Translations under genes and position numbers: made by a program
In this document: piece after piece, positions 1-9,478 of the stretch
How positions within the stretch are numbered: position 1 is the first letter of the stretch
Layout: each line of letters opens with the position of its first letter
The notes under the pieces: generated by a model
Databases searched by the model: none
What the model saw: only the letters and a program-made list of their open reading frames with translations
Told to the model about the DNA's origin: nothing
From: Kiritimatiellia bacterium
GTDB taxonomy: Bacteria > Verrucomicrobiota > Kiritimatiellia > JAAZAB01
NCBI GenBank assembly: GCA_040767085.1
Contig: JAXGPF010000004.1
Coordinates: 64,001 to 128,000 of the forward strand
DNA: 64,000 bases
Direction: 5' to 3'

Positions 1-1101
1 CAGATTGGGCTGCAGGATGTCGAGGTCAAGGTGCAAGGGTCGGAAATCATGCCGATCTACGAGTTCGCCCAACAGGCCGCGGCGAAAATGAGCGTAACCC
101 CGGGGCTGAGCGGCGTGAACATCTCGATGGACATGACCAAGCCGGAATACCGGGTGCATGTGGACCGCGCGCGCGCGTCGGCGCTGGGCATTCCGGTTGC
201 CCGCGTCGCCGCCACCCTGCGGGGCTTGGTGGGCGGCGTGGTCTCCACTGAATACCGGGATGGCAGCGAGTACTACGCCATCCGCGTCATGGTGCCGGAA
301 CAGCAACTCACGGGGAAAGAGGACATCGAGGGGCTCATCCTGGAATCGCGTGACGGTCGCGCCATCTTCGTGCGGGACCTGGCGGAGGTTCGTCGTGCCG
401 TGGGCCCGGTCGAAATCACGCGCGAAAACCAGATCAAGCAGGTGATTGTCCGCGCGGATGCGGCGGGCGTCAGCGTGGGCGAGGCCATACGCCGCGCGCA
501 GGAAGCGGTGGCGGAGTTAACGCCTCCGCCCGGGGTGTCGTTCGCAATGGGCGGCCAAGCCCAGATGATGCGGGAGAACACGCGCACCATGGGGCTGATC
601 CTGGCGTTTGCGATGTTCTTGGCTTTCGTGGTATTGGCGATCCAGTTTGAAAGTTACCGGTTGCCCTTGATCATGTTGCTGTCCGTGCCTTTTTGCCTGG
701 CAGGCATGGTGTTCGCCCTCGGCGCCGCCAACCTGGCCGTCGGCGCCACGGTGGCGATCGGCGTGTTTATCGTCATCGCGGCCACGGTCAACGATGGCGT
801 CCTCTTGCTGACTTTTGCCGAAGAATTAAGGACGCAGCGGCAAATCGAGCCGTTCGACGCGGTGCTGACCGCCGCGAAAATCCGGCTACGCCCGCGGGTC
901 ATGACCACCGTCAGCACCATTGCCGGTTTCATTCCGCTGGCGCTGAATTTTGGCGAAGGCGGCGACTTGCTGAAACCCATGGCGGCGGCGGCCATCGGCG
1001 GGCTGCTGATGGAAATTGCCGTGGCGTTGGTGCTGATGCCCGCGCTTTATCTGTTGTTTACGCGTAATACAAATCCGCCCCAAACAGGAGGTAAGTTGTG
1101 A
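1..1101 (+). CDS. RND efflux transporter permease (AcrB/CusA family), C-terminal part, truncated by window edge
   Basis: Multiple TM helices; motifs LAIQFES, VNDGVLL, RLRPRVMTT typical of RND C-terminal half. Confidence 0.9.
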   Translation, partial: QIGLQDVEVKVQGSEIMPIYEFAQQAAAKMSVTPGLSGVNISMDMTKPEYRVHVDRARASALGIPVARVAATLRGLVGGVVSTEYRDGSEYYAIRVMVPEQQLTGKEDIEGLILESRDGRAIFVRDLAEVRRAVGPVEITRENQIKQVIVRADAAGVSVGEAIRRAQEAVAELTPPPGVSFAMGGQAQMMRENTRTMGLILAFAMFLAFVVLAIQFESYRLPLIMLLSVPFCLAGMVFALGAANLAVGATVAIGVFIVIAATVNDGVLLLTFAEELRTQRQIEPFDAVLTAAKIRLRPRVMTTVSTIAGFIPLALNFGEGGDLLKPMAAAAIGGLLMEIAVALVLMPALYLLFTRNTNPPQTGGKL

Positions 1102-1331
1102 AGATTCAGATACTTGGCACAGGTTGTCCGAAATGCAAGATGTTGTTTGCCAATGTCGAAACGGCGGTTAAGGCGTTGGGCATTGAAGCGCAACTTGAAA
1201 AAGTTGAAAAGATCACGGAAATCATGAAATTCGGCGTGATGGGCACCCCGGCCCTGGTGGTGGACGGCCAGGTCAAGAGTGTGGGCAAGGTGTTGAGCGC
1301 CGAGGAGCTTGGGAGGATGTTGGGAACATGA
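1098..1331 (+). CDS. Small redox-active disulfide protein (MTH895-like thioredoxin)
   Basis: MKIQILGTGCPKC...GVMGTPALVVDG, 77 aa; GGAGG SD before GTG start. Confidence 0.9.
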   Translation: MKIQILGTGCPKCKMLFANVETAVKALGIEAQLEKVEKITEIMKFGVMGTPALVVDGQVKSVGKVLSAEELGRMLGT

Positions 1332-1828
1332 AAACCGCAAAAAATATTGTCATCATTGCCGTGGTGATCGCGGCGGCGGCGGCGATCGTGATCCTTAAAC
1401 AGCAAACGCCCTCCGCCGCGGCGCGGGGGACGCCCTCCGCCGCGGCGGCTGAGGCCGCCGGCGTAGCGGCGGCAGTCACGCCGCCGGCCGGTATTCCCAT
1501 GCCGGCGCCGGCGGTTGATGCATTGAAAAAATTGCCCCGCCTGGTGGATTTGGGCGCGGATAAGTGCATTCCCTGCAAGCTGATGGCGCCCATCTTGGAT
1601 GAATTGAAAACCAGTCAGGCCGGAAGGTTGAAGGTTGATTTCATTGATGTATGGAAAAATCCGGCGGCGGGGGAGGAATATGGCGTGCGGGTCATCCCCA
1701 CCCAGATTTTCTACGCGGCCGACGGCCGGGAACTGTTTCGCCACGAGGGCTTCATGGCCCGGGAGGACATTTTGAACAAGTGGAAGGAATTTGGGGTAGA
1801 TCTGGCCGGCACAAGCCCGGGGCTGTGA
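1328..1828 (+). CDS. Membrane-anchored/exported thioredoxin-family protein
   Basis: N-terminal hydrophobic anchor, LVDLGADKCIPCK CxxC, IPTQIF cis-Pro motif. Confidence 0.88.
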   Translation: MKTAKNIVIIAVVIAAAAAIVILKQQTPSAAARGTPSAAAAEAAGVAAAVTPPAGIPMPAPAVDALKKLPRLVDLGADKCIPCKLMAPILDELKTSQAGRLKVDFIDVWKNPAAGEEYGVRVIPTQIFYAADGRELFRHEGFMAREDILNKWKEFGVDLAGTSPGL

Positions 1829-1873
1829 CCGCCATCTGTGCAATCTTCAATGTGCGCAAAAGGGATATAAAAA

Positions 1874-2575
1874 ATGTTGGAAGGCATTTTTACGGCGCTG
1901 ACGCGCGCGGTGGATGGCGCCCCCATCATGGCCATGCTGGCGGCGCTGGTTTGGGGCGTCTTGAGCATCGTCTTGAGTCCCTGTCATCTGGCCAGCATCC
2001 CCTTGATCGTCGGGTTCATTGACGAACAGGGGCACATCACCACGCGGCGCGCCTTCACCATCGCCTGCCTGTTCGCGCTGGGAATGCTCGTGACCATCGC
2101 CGGCATCGGCGTCCTGACCGCGCTGGCGGGGCGGATGCTGGGCGATTTGGGCGCCGCCGCCAATTACGGCGTGGCGTTAGTGTTTTTCGTCATCGGCCTG
2201 CATCTGCTGGAGATCATCCCGTTGCCCTTGGCCGGGCCGAACCGGGTTGGCCTGAAACGCAAAGGCTACCTGGCGGCGTTCCTGCTGGGATTGATTTTCG
2301 GGGTGGCGCTGGGGCCCTGCACCTTCGCCTACATGGCGCCGATGCTGGCGGTCACCTTCAAGGTCGCGGCGGATCGCGCGCTTTATGGCGCGGGCTTACT
2401 GGCGATGTATGGCGTTGGACATTGCGGCGTGATCGTGTTGGCCGGAACTTTCACGGAAATGGTTCAGCATTACCTTGATTGGAGTGAAAAGTCCCGGGGC
2501 GCGGTGATTTTGAAGAAAATCTGCGGGGTCTTGGTGCTGTTGGGCGGGCTGTATATGATCTATACCGCGCGCTGA
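1874..2575 (+). CDS. ccdA: CcdA/DsbD-like transmembrane disulfide reductase
   Basis: About 6 TM helices with SPCHL and LGPCT conserved PC motifs. Confidence 0.85.
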   Translation: MLEGIFTALTRAVDGAPIMAMLAALVWGVLSIVLSPCHLASIPLIVGFIDEQGHITTRRAFTIACLFALGMLVTIAGIGVLTALAGRMLGDLGAAANYGVALVFFVIGLHLLEIIPLPLAGPNRVGLKRKGYLAAFLLGLIFGVALGPCTFAYMAPMLAVTFKVAADRALYGAGLLAMYGVGHCGVIVLAGTFTEMVQHYLDWSEKSRGAVILKKICGVLVLLGGLYMIYTAR

Positions 2576-2646
2576 TTTTCAGGGCCGGGTCAGGGCCGGG
2601 GCGGCAGCCGCCGCGCCGGCCCGCCAAATCATAAAAAGGGAAATCC

Positions 2647-2979
2647 ATGAAAGCGTTGGCGGTGATTGATGGCGGCATATGCGGTTTCCAGACGCGCATT
2701 CATGCCGGAAGCGACGATGCGCAGAATGTGACGTTCAAGATCGCCAGCGCATGCGATAAGGCGCGCAAGTTCGGGGAGGCGTTGATGGCCAATGGTGCCG
2801 TGGATGGCTATGCCGAGATTGGCGCCGGATCCGGCGGCGTATTGTTGACCCATGCCCGCGAAAGCCTGAAGGGCTGTTGCGCCGCCTGCGCGGTGCCGAT
2901 TGGCGCCTTCAAGGCCATGCAGGTCGCCGCGGGGGTGGCCCTGCCGCAGGATGTAACGATCAAGATCAGCGCGGAGTAA
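2647..2979 (+). CDS. Small Cys-rich hypothetical protein (DUF6951-like)
   Basis: GICGFQT...SACD...GCCAACAVP pattern; purine-rich SD. Confidence 0.6.
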   Translation: MKALAVIDGGICGFQTRIHAGSDDAQNVTFKIASACDKARKFGEALMANGAVDGYAEIGAGSGGVLLTHARESLKGCCAACAVPIGAFKAMQVAAGVALPQDVTIKISAE

Positions 2980-3000
2980 CCCCCCTCAAAAGTAAAATCG

Positions 3001-3969
3001 TCACGGCCGCGCCGGGTTTGGGGCGGTTGTTTTAGTTGTGCATGCGGCGCAGGGATTCACCTCGATGCTGATGTGCCGCAAGTCCGAGAAAGAGCGCAAC
3101 CGGGCGCGGTAGTCGGCGGGCGTCCGCCCCTGGCCGGTCACCAAACTGATGATGGCCGCCTTTTCGGCGGCGCCCACGCGCCAGACATGCACATCCGTCA
3201 CGGCGCTGTCGCCGTCGCTTTCGATGGCGCGGCGGACGGCATCCGCTTCCGCGGGCGCGAGATCGCTGTCCGTGAGAATCTGGCCGGTTTCGCGCGCCAG
3301 GCTCCAGGCCCACCGCAGGATGATGGCGCCGCCGAGAATGCCCATGAGGGGGTCGGCCCACATCCAGCCCCACTGCCGGGCCGCCAGCAAAGCGGCAATG
3401 GCGAGCACGGAGGTGACGGCGTCCGCCAGCACGTGGAAATATGCCGCCCGCAGGTTGTGGTCGTGCCGCATGTGATCGGCATGTCCGGTGGGGCCGTGAG
3501 TGTGCCCGTGATTTCCCCGGAGCAGCCATGCGCTGGCCAGATTCACGGCCAACCCGATCAAGGCGACGAGCAGCGCCTCGTCGAACCGGATGGGCGTGGG
3601 CGTCAAAAGCCGCTGCCCCGACTCCCAGAACATCATGACGGCGACCAGTCCCAGGACGATGGCGCTGCCGAATGCCGTCAGGATGCCGACTTTGCCGGTG
3701 CCGAACGTGAACCGCGGATCGCGGGCGTGCCGGCGGGTAAAGGCGAAAGATGCCCAGGCGATCCCCAGGGCCGTCGCATGCGTGCCCATGTGCCAGCCGT
3801 CCGCCAGCAGCGCCATCGAGCCGGTGATCCAGCCGGCGGCGATCTCCAGGACCATGGTGGCGATGGTGAGCCACATCACCCAGGCCGTGCGCCGTTCCCC
3901 TTCGCGGTTCAACGCGCTGAACTCGTGCGAATGCCGGAGTTCATTCACCGCCATTCCGTGCCGTTGCAT
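3001..3969 (-). CDS. dmeF: CDF family Co/Ni efflux transporter, DmeF-like
   Basis: SMALLADGWHMGTH, His-rich loop, DHNLRAAYFHVLADA. Confidence 0.88.
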   Translation of the reverse strand: MQRHGMAVNELRHSHEFSALNREGERRTAWVMWLTIATMVLEIAAGWITGSMALLADGWHMGTHATALGIAWASFAFTRRHARDPRFTFGTGKVGILTAFGSAIVLGLVAVMMFWESGQRLLTPTPIRFDEALLVALIGLAVNLASAWLLRGNHGHTHGPTGHADHMRHDHNLRAAYFHVLADAVTSVLAIAALLAARQWGWMWADPLMGILGGAIILRWAWSLARETGQILTDSDLAPAEADAVRRAIESDGDSAVTDVHVWRVGAAEKAAIISLVTGQGRTPADYRARLRSFSDLRHISIEVNPCAACTTKTTAPNPARP

Positions 3970-4061
3970 GCCCGATTCTCCCTGCCGTCTGTTTAAACCA
4001 AGATTTTCTATAATTTTTGATCAAATATAGCGCAAAATCCAGCGTATGTAAACAAAAGTTG

Positions 4062-4107
4062 TTGACAATTTCTGCGCGCAGTTTTATATTTCGCCAAATG
4101 ACGAAAT
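4062..4107 (+). promoter_or_regulatory. Sigma70 promoter with overlapping ArsR-type operator
   Basis: TTGACA (4062-4067), 17-nt spacer, TATATT (4085-4090); inverted repeat ATTTCGcCA-aa-TGaCGAAAT at 4088-4107. Confidence 0.75.
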
Positions 4108-4168
4108 GAATTTATTGGTTTTGCCAAGACCGCTTGCGGGCCAAGTCATCGTGGCAAAGGAGGAATAG

Positions 4169-4552
4169 ATGCGGGATACATTGGATGTGCTGAAAGCGTT
4201 GGCGGACGAAAAAAGATTGCGTCTGTTGTTTGCGCTGAAGGGTGGTGAACTGTGCGCCTGCCAGCTCGTTGCCCTGCTGGCTATGGCACCGTCCACGGTA
4301 TCGAAACACTTGTCGCTATTACGCGCGGCGCGGTTGGTAGACAGCCGGAAGAATGGTCGCTGGATGTATTACCGGTTGTCCACGGAATTCAGGGCGCCTT
4401 TCACCGGCAGACTGCGGGCGTTGCTGTTCGAGCGGCTGGAAAGTGCGGGCCGGATTGCCGAAGACCGTAAGCGCCTGAAAATGATCTGCGACACAACCAA
4501 GGAATCGCTGTGTCGGAGCCGCTTTTGCATGACACAAACGAACGGCAAATAA
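4169..4552 (+). CDS. arsR: ArsR/SmtB family metalloregulator
   Basis: LKALADEKRLRLL, ELCACQL, STVSKHL, GRWMYYRL; extra C-terminal Cys. Confidence 0.92.
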   Translation: MRDTLDVLKALADEKRLRLLFALKGGELCACQLVALLAMAPSTVSKHLSLLRAARLVDSRKNGRWMYYRLSTEFRAPFTGRLRALLFERLESAGRIAEDRKRLKMICDTTKESLCRSRFCMTQTNGK

Positions 4553-4578
4553 ATCGGGAGGGAAAAATAAAGGCGGAA

Positions 4579-4848
4579 ATGGATGAACAAACGAAAGAAC
4601 TGATCGCCATAGGCGCTTCGATCGGCGCGCACTGTCAGCCCTACCTGAGGTATCATGTCGGTAAGGCCAAAGAGCTTGGTATTGACGCCGATCTTGTTTG
4701 TGACGCAATCCACGTCGGGCAAATGGTTGAAAAAGGAGCCATGTCCGCCATGCGGGATTTTATAAAATGTGGGCAGGATACTTTGAATCCGGATGGTTCG
4801 CCATATTGTACCGGCAAGACGAAGAGCGGGAAAAGCTGTTGTGGATAA
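4579..4848 (+). CDS. Carboxymuconolactone decarboxylase/AhpD-like protein
   Basis: TKELIAIGASIGAHCQPYLRYHV..A..LG; C-terminal CCG. Confidence 0.75.
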   Translation: MDEQTKELIAIGASIGAHCQPYLRYHVGKAKELGIDADLVCDAIHVGQMVEKGAMSAMRDFIKCGQDTLNPDGSPYCTGKTKSGKSCCG

Positions 4849-4874
4849 AAGGTGAAAAAAAAAAGGAACGACCG

Positions 4875-5549
4875 ATGCGTACAAAACATGAAGACCGGAA
4901 AACGTCCGATGCCGGGAATGCGCAGCAAGATGAATCGTCAGCCTGCGGCGCTGGTTGTGGCTGTCATGCCTCAGGGAAAGGCAATCGCGCGCGCGGGATT
5001 GCGGGGGTTATTATCATCCTGGCCGCCGGAGCGTTGGTGGCAAGAGCCATAGTGAAGAACAGCAGCGCTCCGTCCGCGCCGGCGCCAGACGAATTTGCGG
5101 CGCTTTCCGTTCCAGCGACGTCGGCACCGGCAACGGCGGCCACCGTGGCCCAGACCGCCGCCGTTGACACAATCGAAGAAATCGCTTCCTTTGCCGATTT
5201 GAATGTGGTGGCCGCCGATACGGGCGGGGTGTTCATCTTCCTCGCCGGTAAAAACGATCCGCAAGTCAAGACGCCCCTGCCCACCATGCGCAGCGCGGTA
5301 AAAACGATCGAATCCCGATCCCAAATCAAATTAGGAATCTTTAGGCTCAAAACGGACTCGCGGGATTATGCGCAAATCGCTATGCAAATGCCGGTGCCAG
5401 GCGTGCTGGCGATGGTTAAGGGTGGCGGAATGAGCGCCGCTTCCGGGGACATCACTGAGGCGAAACTCATTCAGGCGTTCGTTGGCGCATCGAGTGGGGG
5501 TGGCTGTGGCCCATCATCGGCCGGCTGTGGGCCACGCGGCTGCAATTAG
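4875..5549 (+). CDS. Membrane-anchored hypothetical protein with Cys/Gly-rich termini
   Basis: CGAGCGC before a TM segment; C-terminal GGGCGPSSAGCGPRGCN; AAGGA SD. Confidence 0.7.
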   Translation: MRTKHEDRKTSDAGNAQQDESSACGAGCGCHASGKGNRARGIAGVIIILAAGALVARAIVKNSSAPSAPAPDEFAALSVPATSAPATAATVAQTAAVDTIEEIASFADLNVVAADTGGVFIFLAGKNDPQVKTPLPTMRSAVKTIESRSQIKLGIFRLKTDSRDYAQIAMQMPVPGVLAMVKGGGMSAASGDITEAKLIQAFVGASSGGGCGPSSAGCGPRGCN

Positions 5550-5558
5550 GAGTCGAAT

Positions 5559-6269
5559 ATGGCGGAAATATTGAAATGGGTCACTGATACGCTCCAAGCG
5601 GCCAGCATGGGGCCGACCGCTTTGCCGCTGGCATTTCTGCTGGGCTTGGTTAGCGCCATCGCAAGCGCCTGTTGCACGTTGCCGGCCATGGGGGTGTTGG
5701 TCGCCTATTCGGGCACAAGGCAGGACACCAACCGGCGCGCGGCGCTGGCCTCGGCGGCCTGGTTCCTGGTCGGAACAACGCTGGCGTTGATCATCCTCGG
5801 GTTTGTGGCCGGCTTGATCGGTCAGACGGCGCAGGCGTTTCTCGGTCGGTACTGGAAACTATTCGCGGGCGTCGTGGCGGTGCTCTTTGGGCTGGCCACG
5901 TTGAAAATGCTACCCTTCAAGTTGCCGAGTCGGGCTCACAAAGAGAGCGCGGCGTCAGCTTCCGGCGGAAAGTTGGGGGCGGTATTGGGCGGGTTGTTTC
6001 TTGGCGGCGGTGTGGCGGCCGTTTCGTTGCCCTGCAATCCGGGCATCTACATTGTCATCGGCGCCAGCATCCTGATGGGGCGAATTCTGTGGGGCATGGT
6101 CCTCATGGCCGCTTTCGGAGTCGGCTTCAGCCTGCCTTTGGCCGCCATCCTGTTCGGCGTGTCGTTTGGCAAGGCGTCCTTCAAGCTGCAGAAGGCCGAT
6201 GTCGTCATCCGGATAGTGGCAGGTGTGCTGTTAATCTGCGCAGGTTTGTATTTGCTAGCTACTTTTTGA
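5559..6269 (+). CDS. CcdA-like transmembrane thiol protein
   Basis: About 6 TM helices, SACCTLP and SLPCNP motifs; AGGAG SD. Confidence 0.75.
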   Translation: MAEILKWVTDTLQAASMGPTALPLAFLLGLVSAIASACCTLPAMGVLVAYSGTRQDTNRRAALASAAWFLVGTTLALIILGFVAGLIGQTAQAFLGRYWKLFAGVVAVLFGLATLKMLPFKLPSRAHKESAASASGGKLGAVLGGLFLGGGVAAVSLPCNPGIYIVIGASILMGRILWGMVLMAAFGVGFSLPLAAILFGVSFGKASFKLQKADVVIRIVAGVLLICAGLYLLATF

Positions 6270-7324
6270 TGAAAAGTTCACTTCAGGCGGAAAAAAATTC
6301 ATCCCCTGCCACTGGTTTGGCGCCCGATGGTGTCGGGCACGTTGGGCCGGAATGGACCATCGGCGACCATCTCGGCGCCATCGGGGTCAGGTTGAACATC
6401 CGCCGGACACGCTACAGCGTGAACCCGGGATTATACGCATGCGGATCCCCCGGGCCGGATTCCCCGGTTTTTGTTTCGGCGAACTACAAGCTTTCGTTTG
6501 ATCTGCTGCGGCACTCGCTGGCAGGGATCGACGCGTGGATTCTGGCGCTGGACACCCGCGGGATCAACGTCTGGTGCGCGGCCGGCAAGGGCACCTTCGG
6601 CACGGAGGAACTGATCCGCAAGGTTAACGAATGCCGGCTGCATGATCGTATCGCACACCGTCGTCTCATTCTACCTCAACTGGGTGCGCCGGGTGTCGCG
6701 GCGCACGCAGTCAAGCAGCAGACCGGCTTTGCGGTGGTATATGGGCCGGTCTATGCCGCCGAGATTGCGGCCTTTTTGCGGGCAGGCCTCAACGCGACCC
6801 CTGGCATGCGCCGTGTCCGCTTCCGCTGGCACGAGCGGCTAGTCCTGGCGCCATTGGAACTGGTCATCGGTTTCCGGAAGATGCTGTTGCTCGGACTGGC
6901 GCTCGCGGTGCTGGCCGGCGTGTCCGCGCCGGGATTATCCTTGTCAACGGTGTGGAACATGGGCGGAATGGTGTTCGCGCTATGGTTCTGGTCTTATGTG
7001 TTCGCCGGTGTCCTCGGCCCATTGCTGCTTCCATGGTTGCCGGCGCGCGCGTTCTCGGTCAAGGGCGCCTGGCTGGGGGTTGCAATTGCTGCCTGCGGAA
7101 TTTGGGTGGCGGGTCCGGGCTGGTCCGTTCTGCGTTCCGCGGCCTGGCTGCTGCTGGTTGCGGCAGGCGCTTCCCACATGCTGCTCAGCTTTACCGGGGC
7201 AACAACGTTTACCTCGCCGTCCGGGGTGCTCCGGGAGGTGCGGCGGGCGCTTCCCGTGCAGCTGGCGATCGGCGCGATGGGGTTGGCGGTATGGATCACG
7301 GCCGGATTTTTGCCGGCATGGTGA
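6269..7324 (+). CDS. hgcA: Mercury methylation corrinoid protein HgcA
   Basis: Diagnostic cap-helix NVWCAAGK, SANYKLSFD, LPQLGAPGV, YGPVYA; C-terminal TM domain with SFTGATTFTSPSGV; ATG overlaps upstream stop (TGATG). Confidence 0.96.
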   Translation: MKSSLQAEKNSSPATGLAPDGVGHVGPEWTIGDHLGAIGVRLNIRRTRYSVNPGLYACGSPGPDSPVFVSANYKLSFDLLRHSLAGIDAWILALDTRGINVWCAAGKGTFGTEELIRKVNECRLHDRIAHRRLILPQLGAPGVAAHAVKQQTGFAVVYGPVYAAEIAAFLRAGLNATPGMRRVRFRWHERLVLAPLELVIGFRKMLLLGLALAVLAGVSAPGLSLSTVWNMGGMVFALWFWSYVFAGVLGPLLLPWLPARAFSVKGAWLGVAIAACGIWVAGPGWSVLRSAAWLLLVAAGASHMLLSFTGATTFTSPSGVLREVRRALPVQLAIGAMGLAVWITAGFLPAW

Positions 7325-7331
7325 GGAGCTC

Positions 7332-7685
7332 ATGATGAAATACTTATCACGCGACATCTCTCTGAAACTTGACGTCAACCGGTGCGTCGGCTGCGGAATG
7401 TGCGCGATCGTCTGTCCGCATGGAGTATTCGACGCCGCGGGCAGGCCCGCGCGTATTGCGGAGCGGGATGCCTGCATGGAATGCGGCGCCTGCGCCAGGA
7501 ACTGCCCGGCCAACGCCATTGCCGTCACCCGCGGCGTTGGATGCGCGGAGGCGATTATCTCCGGCATGATTACGGGTAAGCAGACCTGTTGCGGGGAGGG
7601 CGGATGCTGCTGCGCCTCAACCAGTTCACCCCCTGGCGTGTCCGCCGGCTCACGCATACCGGAGCGGAAGGAATGCGGCGCCTGA
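7332..7685 (+). CDS. hgcB: Mercury methylation ferredoxin HgcB
   Basis: CVGCGMCAIVCP and CMECGACARNCP 2x[4Fe-4S] motifs, GVGCA, C-terminal CC; GAGGAG SD; directly after hgcA. Confidence 0.95.
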   Translation: MMKYLSRDISLKLDVNRCVGCGMCAIVCPHGVFDAAGRPARIAERDACMECGACARNCPANAIAVTRGVGCAEAIISGMITGKQTCCGEGGCCCASTSSPPGVSAGSRIPERKECGA

Positions 7686-7857
7686 CAAAACTTCAATGAT
7701 CTTGCCGGATATCTTGATTGCGTTCAAGTGTTGTGTGTGTTTGGGTGTGCCCCGCTCGCGCATAAAATCATCATCGAATCAATGCGCGCCCGTCCGCGGC
7801 CATCGTCGCAGTTAACCACCAATGCAAAACTGAATCTTGCTGTCTGAGAGGAGTTAT

Positions 7858-8904
7858 ATGTTCGAGTTTAATAATTTTGTGACCGCCGGCAAATTCTTCC
7901 TGATGATTGCCGGGGAGCTGATCCTGATCTTCGTGGTGGTGGCCTTTATTATCGGCTTGCTGCTGGAATACCTGCCTCCGTCCCGCATCAAGGGATTTCT
8001 GGCCGGCCGGCTGATGTGGATGCAATATTTCCTGGGCGCCGGCCTTGGCGCCATCACGCCTTTCTGTTCCTGTTCAACGGTTCCCATCGTGACCGGCTTG
8101 CTCAAGGGCGGCGTCCCGTTCGGCCCGGTCATGGCGTTCCTGTTTGCCTCCCCGGTGCTCAACCCGGTCATCATCGGTTTGTTTCTCATGCTTCTGGGCA
8201 TCAAGGTGACGGTGGCCTATGTGGTCATAACCTTTTTAGGCGCGCTGCTCACGGCGGCCCTGCTGTCGAAGTTCGGACTGGAAAGGGATGTCAAGCTGCT
8301 GGCAAGCATGCAGGGTGGATGTTGCGGTTCGCCGGCCGTGATCGAACCGGCGGCCGCGCGCGCGGCTGCTGCCGGCGGCGGCTGTTGCTGTTCGGGGACC
8401 GCGGAATCAAGGGCAGCTCCGCCGGCTCAATCCAAATGCTGTGCGGCCATTATGGATGCGGACGACTCCGCGCGGGTGCCGTTCAAGCAACGCTTGAAAA
8501 GGGCATCGCAAGCGGCGGTCGCTACCTTCCAGGGGGTGTTCTGGTACCTGATGCTGGGCGCGGGCATCGGCGCCTTCATCTATGGCTTTTTCCCGAAGGA
8601 TCTCGTAGTGCGCCTGGCCGGGCCGGGCAACCCGTGGTCCATACCCATGGCGGCGGCATTGGGCGTGCCCATGTACATCCGGGCCGAAACGGTGATCCCC
8701 ATTGGCGCCGCCCTGATCGGCAAGGGTATGGGAGTCGGCACCGTCCTGGCCCTGGTGATCGCCGGGGCCGGCGCGAGCATCCCCGAGCTCATCATCCTGG
8801 GTTCGATCTTCAAAAAACGATTGGTCTTTGCGTTTGTTTTGACCGTGTTTGTGGTTGCGGTTACGGCCGGTTACCTTGTGGATCTCTTGGCTGTCTTGTC
8901 TTGA
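7858..8904 (+). CDS. DUF318 permease (ArsP-like) with Cys-rich loop
   Basis: TPFCSCSTVP, FLFASPVLNP, GVPMY, GAGASIPE motifs. Confidence 0.85.
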   Translation: MFEFNNFVTAGKFFLMIAGELILIFVVVAFIIGLLLEYLPPSRIKGFLAGRLMWMQYFLGAGLGAITPFCSCSTVPIVTGLLKGGVPFGPVMAFLFASPVLNPVIIGLFLMLLGIKVTVAYVVITFLGALLTAALLSKFGLERDVKLLASMQGGCCGSPAVIEPAAARAAAAGGGCCCSGTAESRAAPPAQSKCCAAIMDADDSARVPFKQRLKRASQAAVATFQGVFWYLMLGAGIGAFIYGFFPKDLVVRLAGPGNPWSIPMAAALGVPMYIRAETVIPIGAALIGKGMGVGTVLALVIAGAGASIPELIILGSIFKKRLVFAFVLTVFVVAVTAGYLVDLLAVLS

Positions 8905-9019
8905 TGTGATCGGGGCGTTGGGGCGGGGGCGGCCACCGCGAAGACGGACGCGTTCTGTCCGGCCGCGCGGGGGACTGCGCTTGCCGGGTAACGATCTGTC
9001 TAGAAACCAGTCATTCACC

Positions 9020-9478
9020 ATGGAACAACGTTTGAAAATTCTTTTTCTCTGCACCGGCAATTCCTGCCGGAGCCAGATGGCCGAGGGCTGGGCGCGGCAT
9101 CTGAAGGGCGATGTTCTGGATGCTTATTCCGCTGGGATCGAAACGCATGGCTTGAATCCAAATGCCGTGAAAGTGATGGCCGAAGCCGGGGTAGACATAT
9201 CCGGACAGCGGTCAAAGCATGTAGAGGAATTGCAGGATGTCGCGTTTGACTTTGTGGTGACGGTTTGCGATAATGCCCACGATGCCTGTCCGATATTTCC
9301 GGGCAGAACCAAAGTAGTGCATGTCGGTTTTGACGATCCGCCGCGCCTGGCGCGAAGCGCCAAGACAGAGGAGGAGGCCCTGGCTTGCTACCGCCGTGTG
9401 CGGGACGAGATCCGGGCCTTGGTTGAGAAATTGCCGGAGTCGCTTGGAACCCCCCCGGAAACAAAGCAAGGAACATGA
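9020..9478 (+). CDS. arsC: Arsenate reductase, thioredoxin-dependent (LMW-PTP fold)
   Basis: [29 protein letters not shown]. Confidence 0.93.
   Translation: MEQRLKILFLCTGNSCRSQMAEGWARHLKGDVLDAYSAGIETHGLNPNAVKVMAEAGVDISGQRSKHVEELQDVAFDFVVTVCDNAHDACPIFPGRTKVVHVGFDDPPRLARSAKTEEEALACYRRVRDEIRALVEKLPESLGTPPETKQGT

Noticed and set aside
5672-6268. N-terminal 199 aa of the 550-aa ORF as part of HgcA
   Set aside because: Out-of-frame overlap with the ccdA-like gene; the plausible start is ATG 6269.
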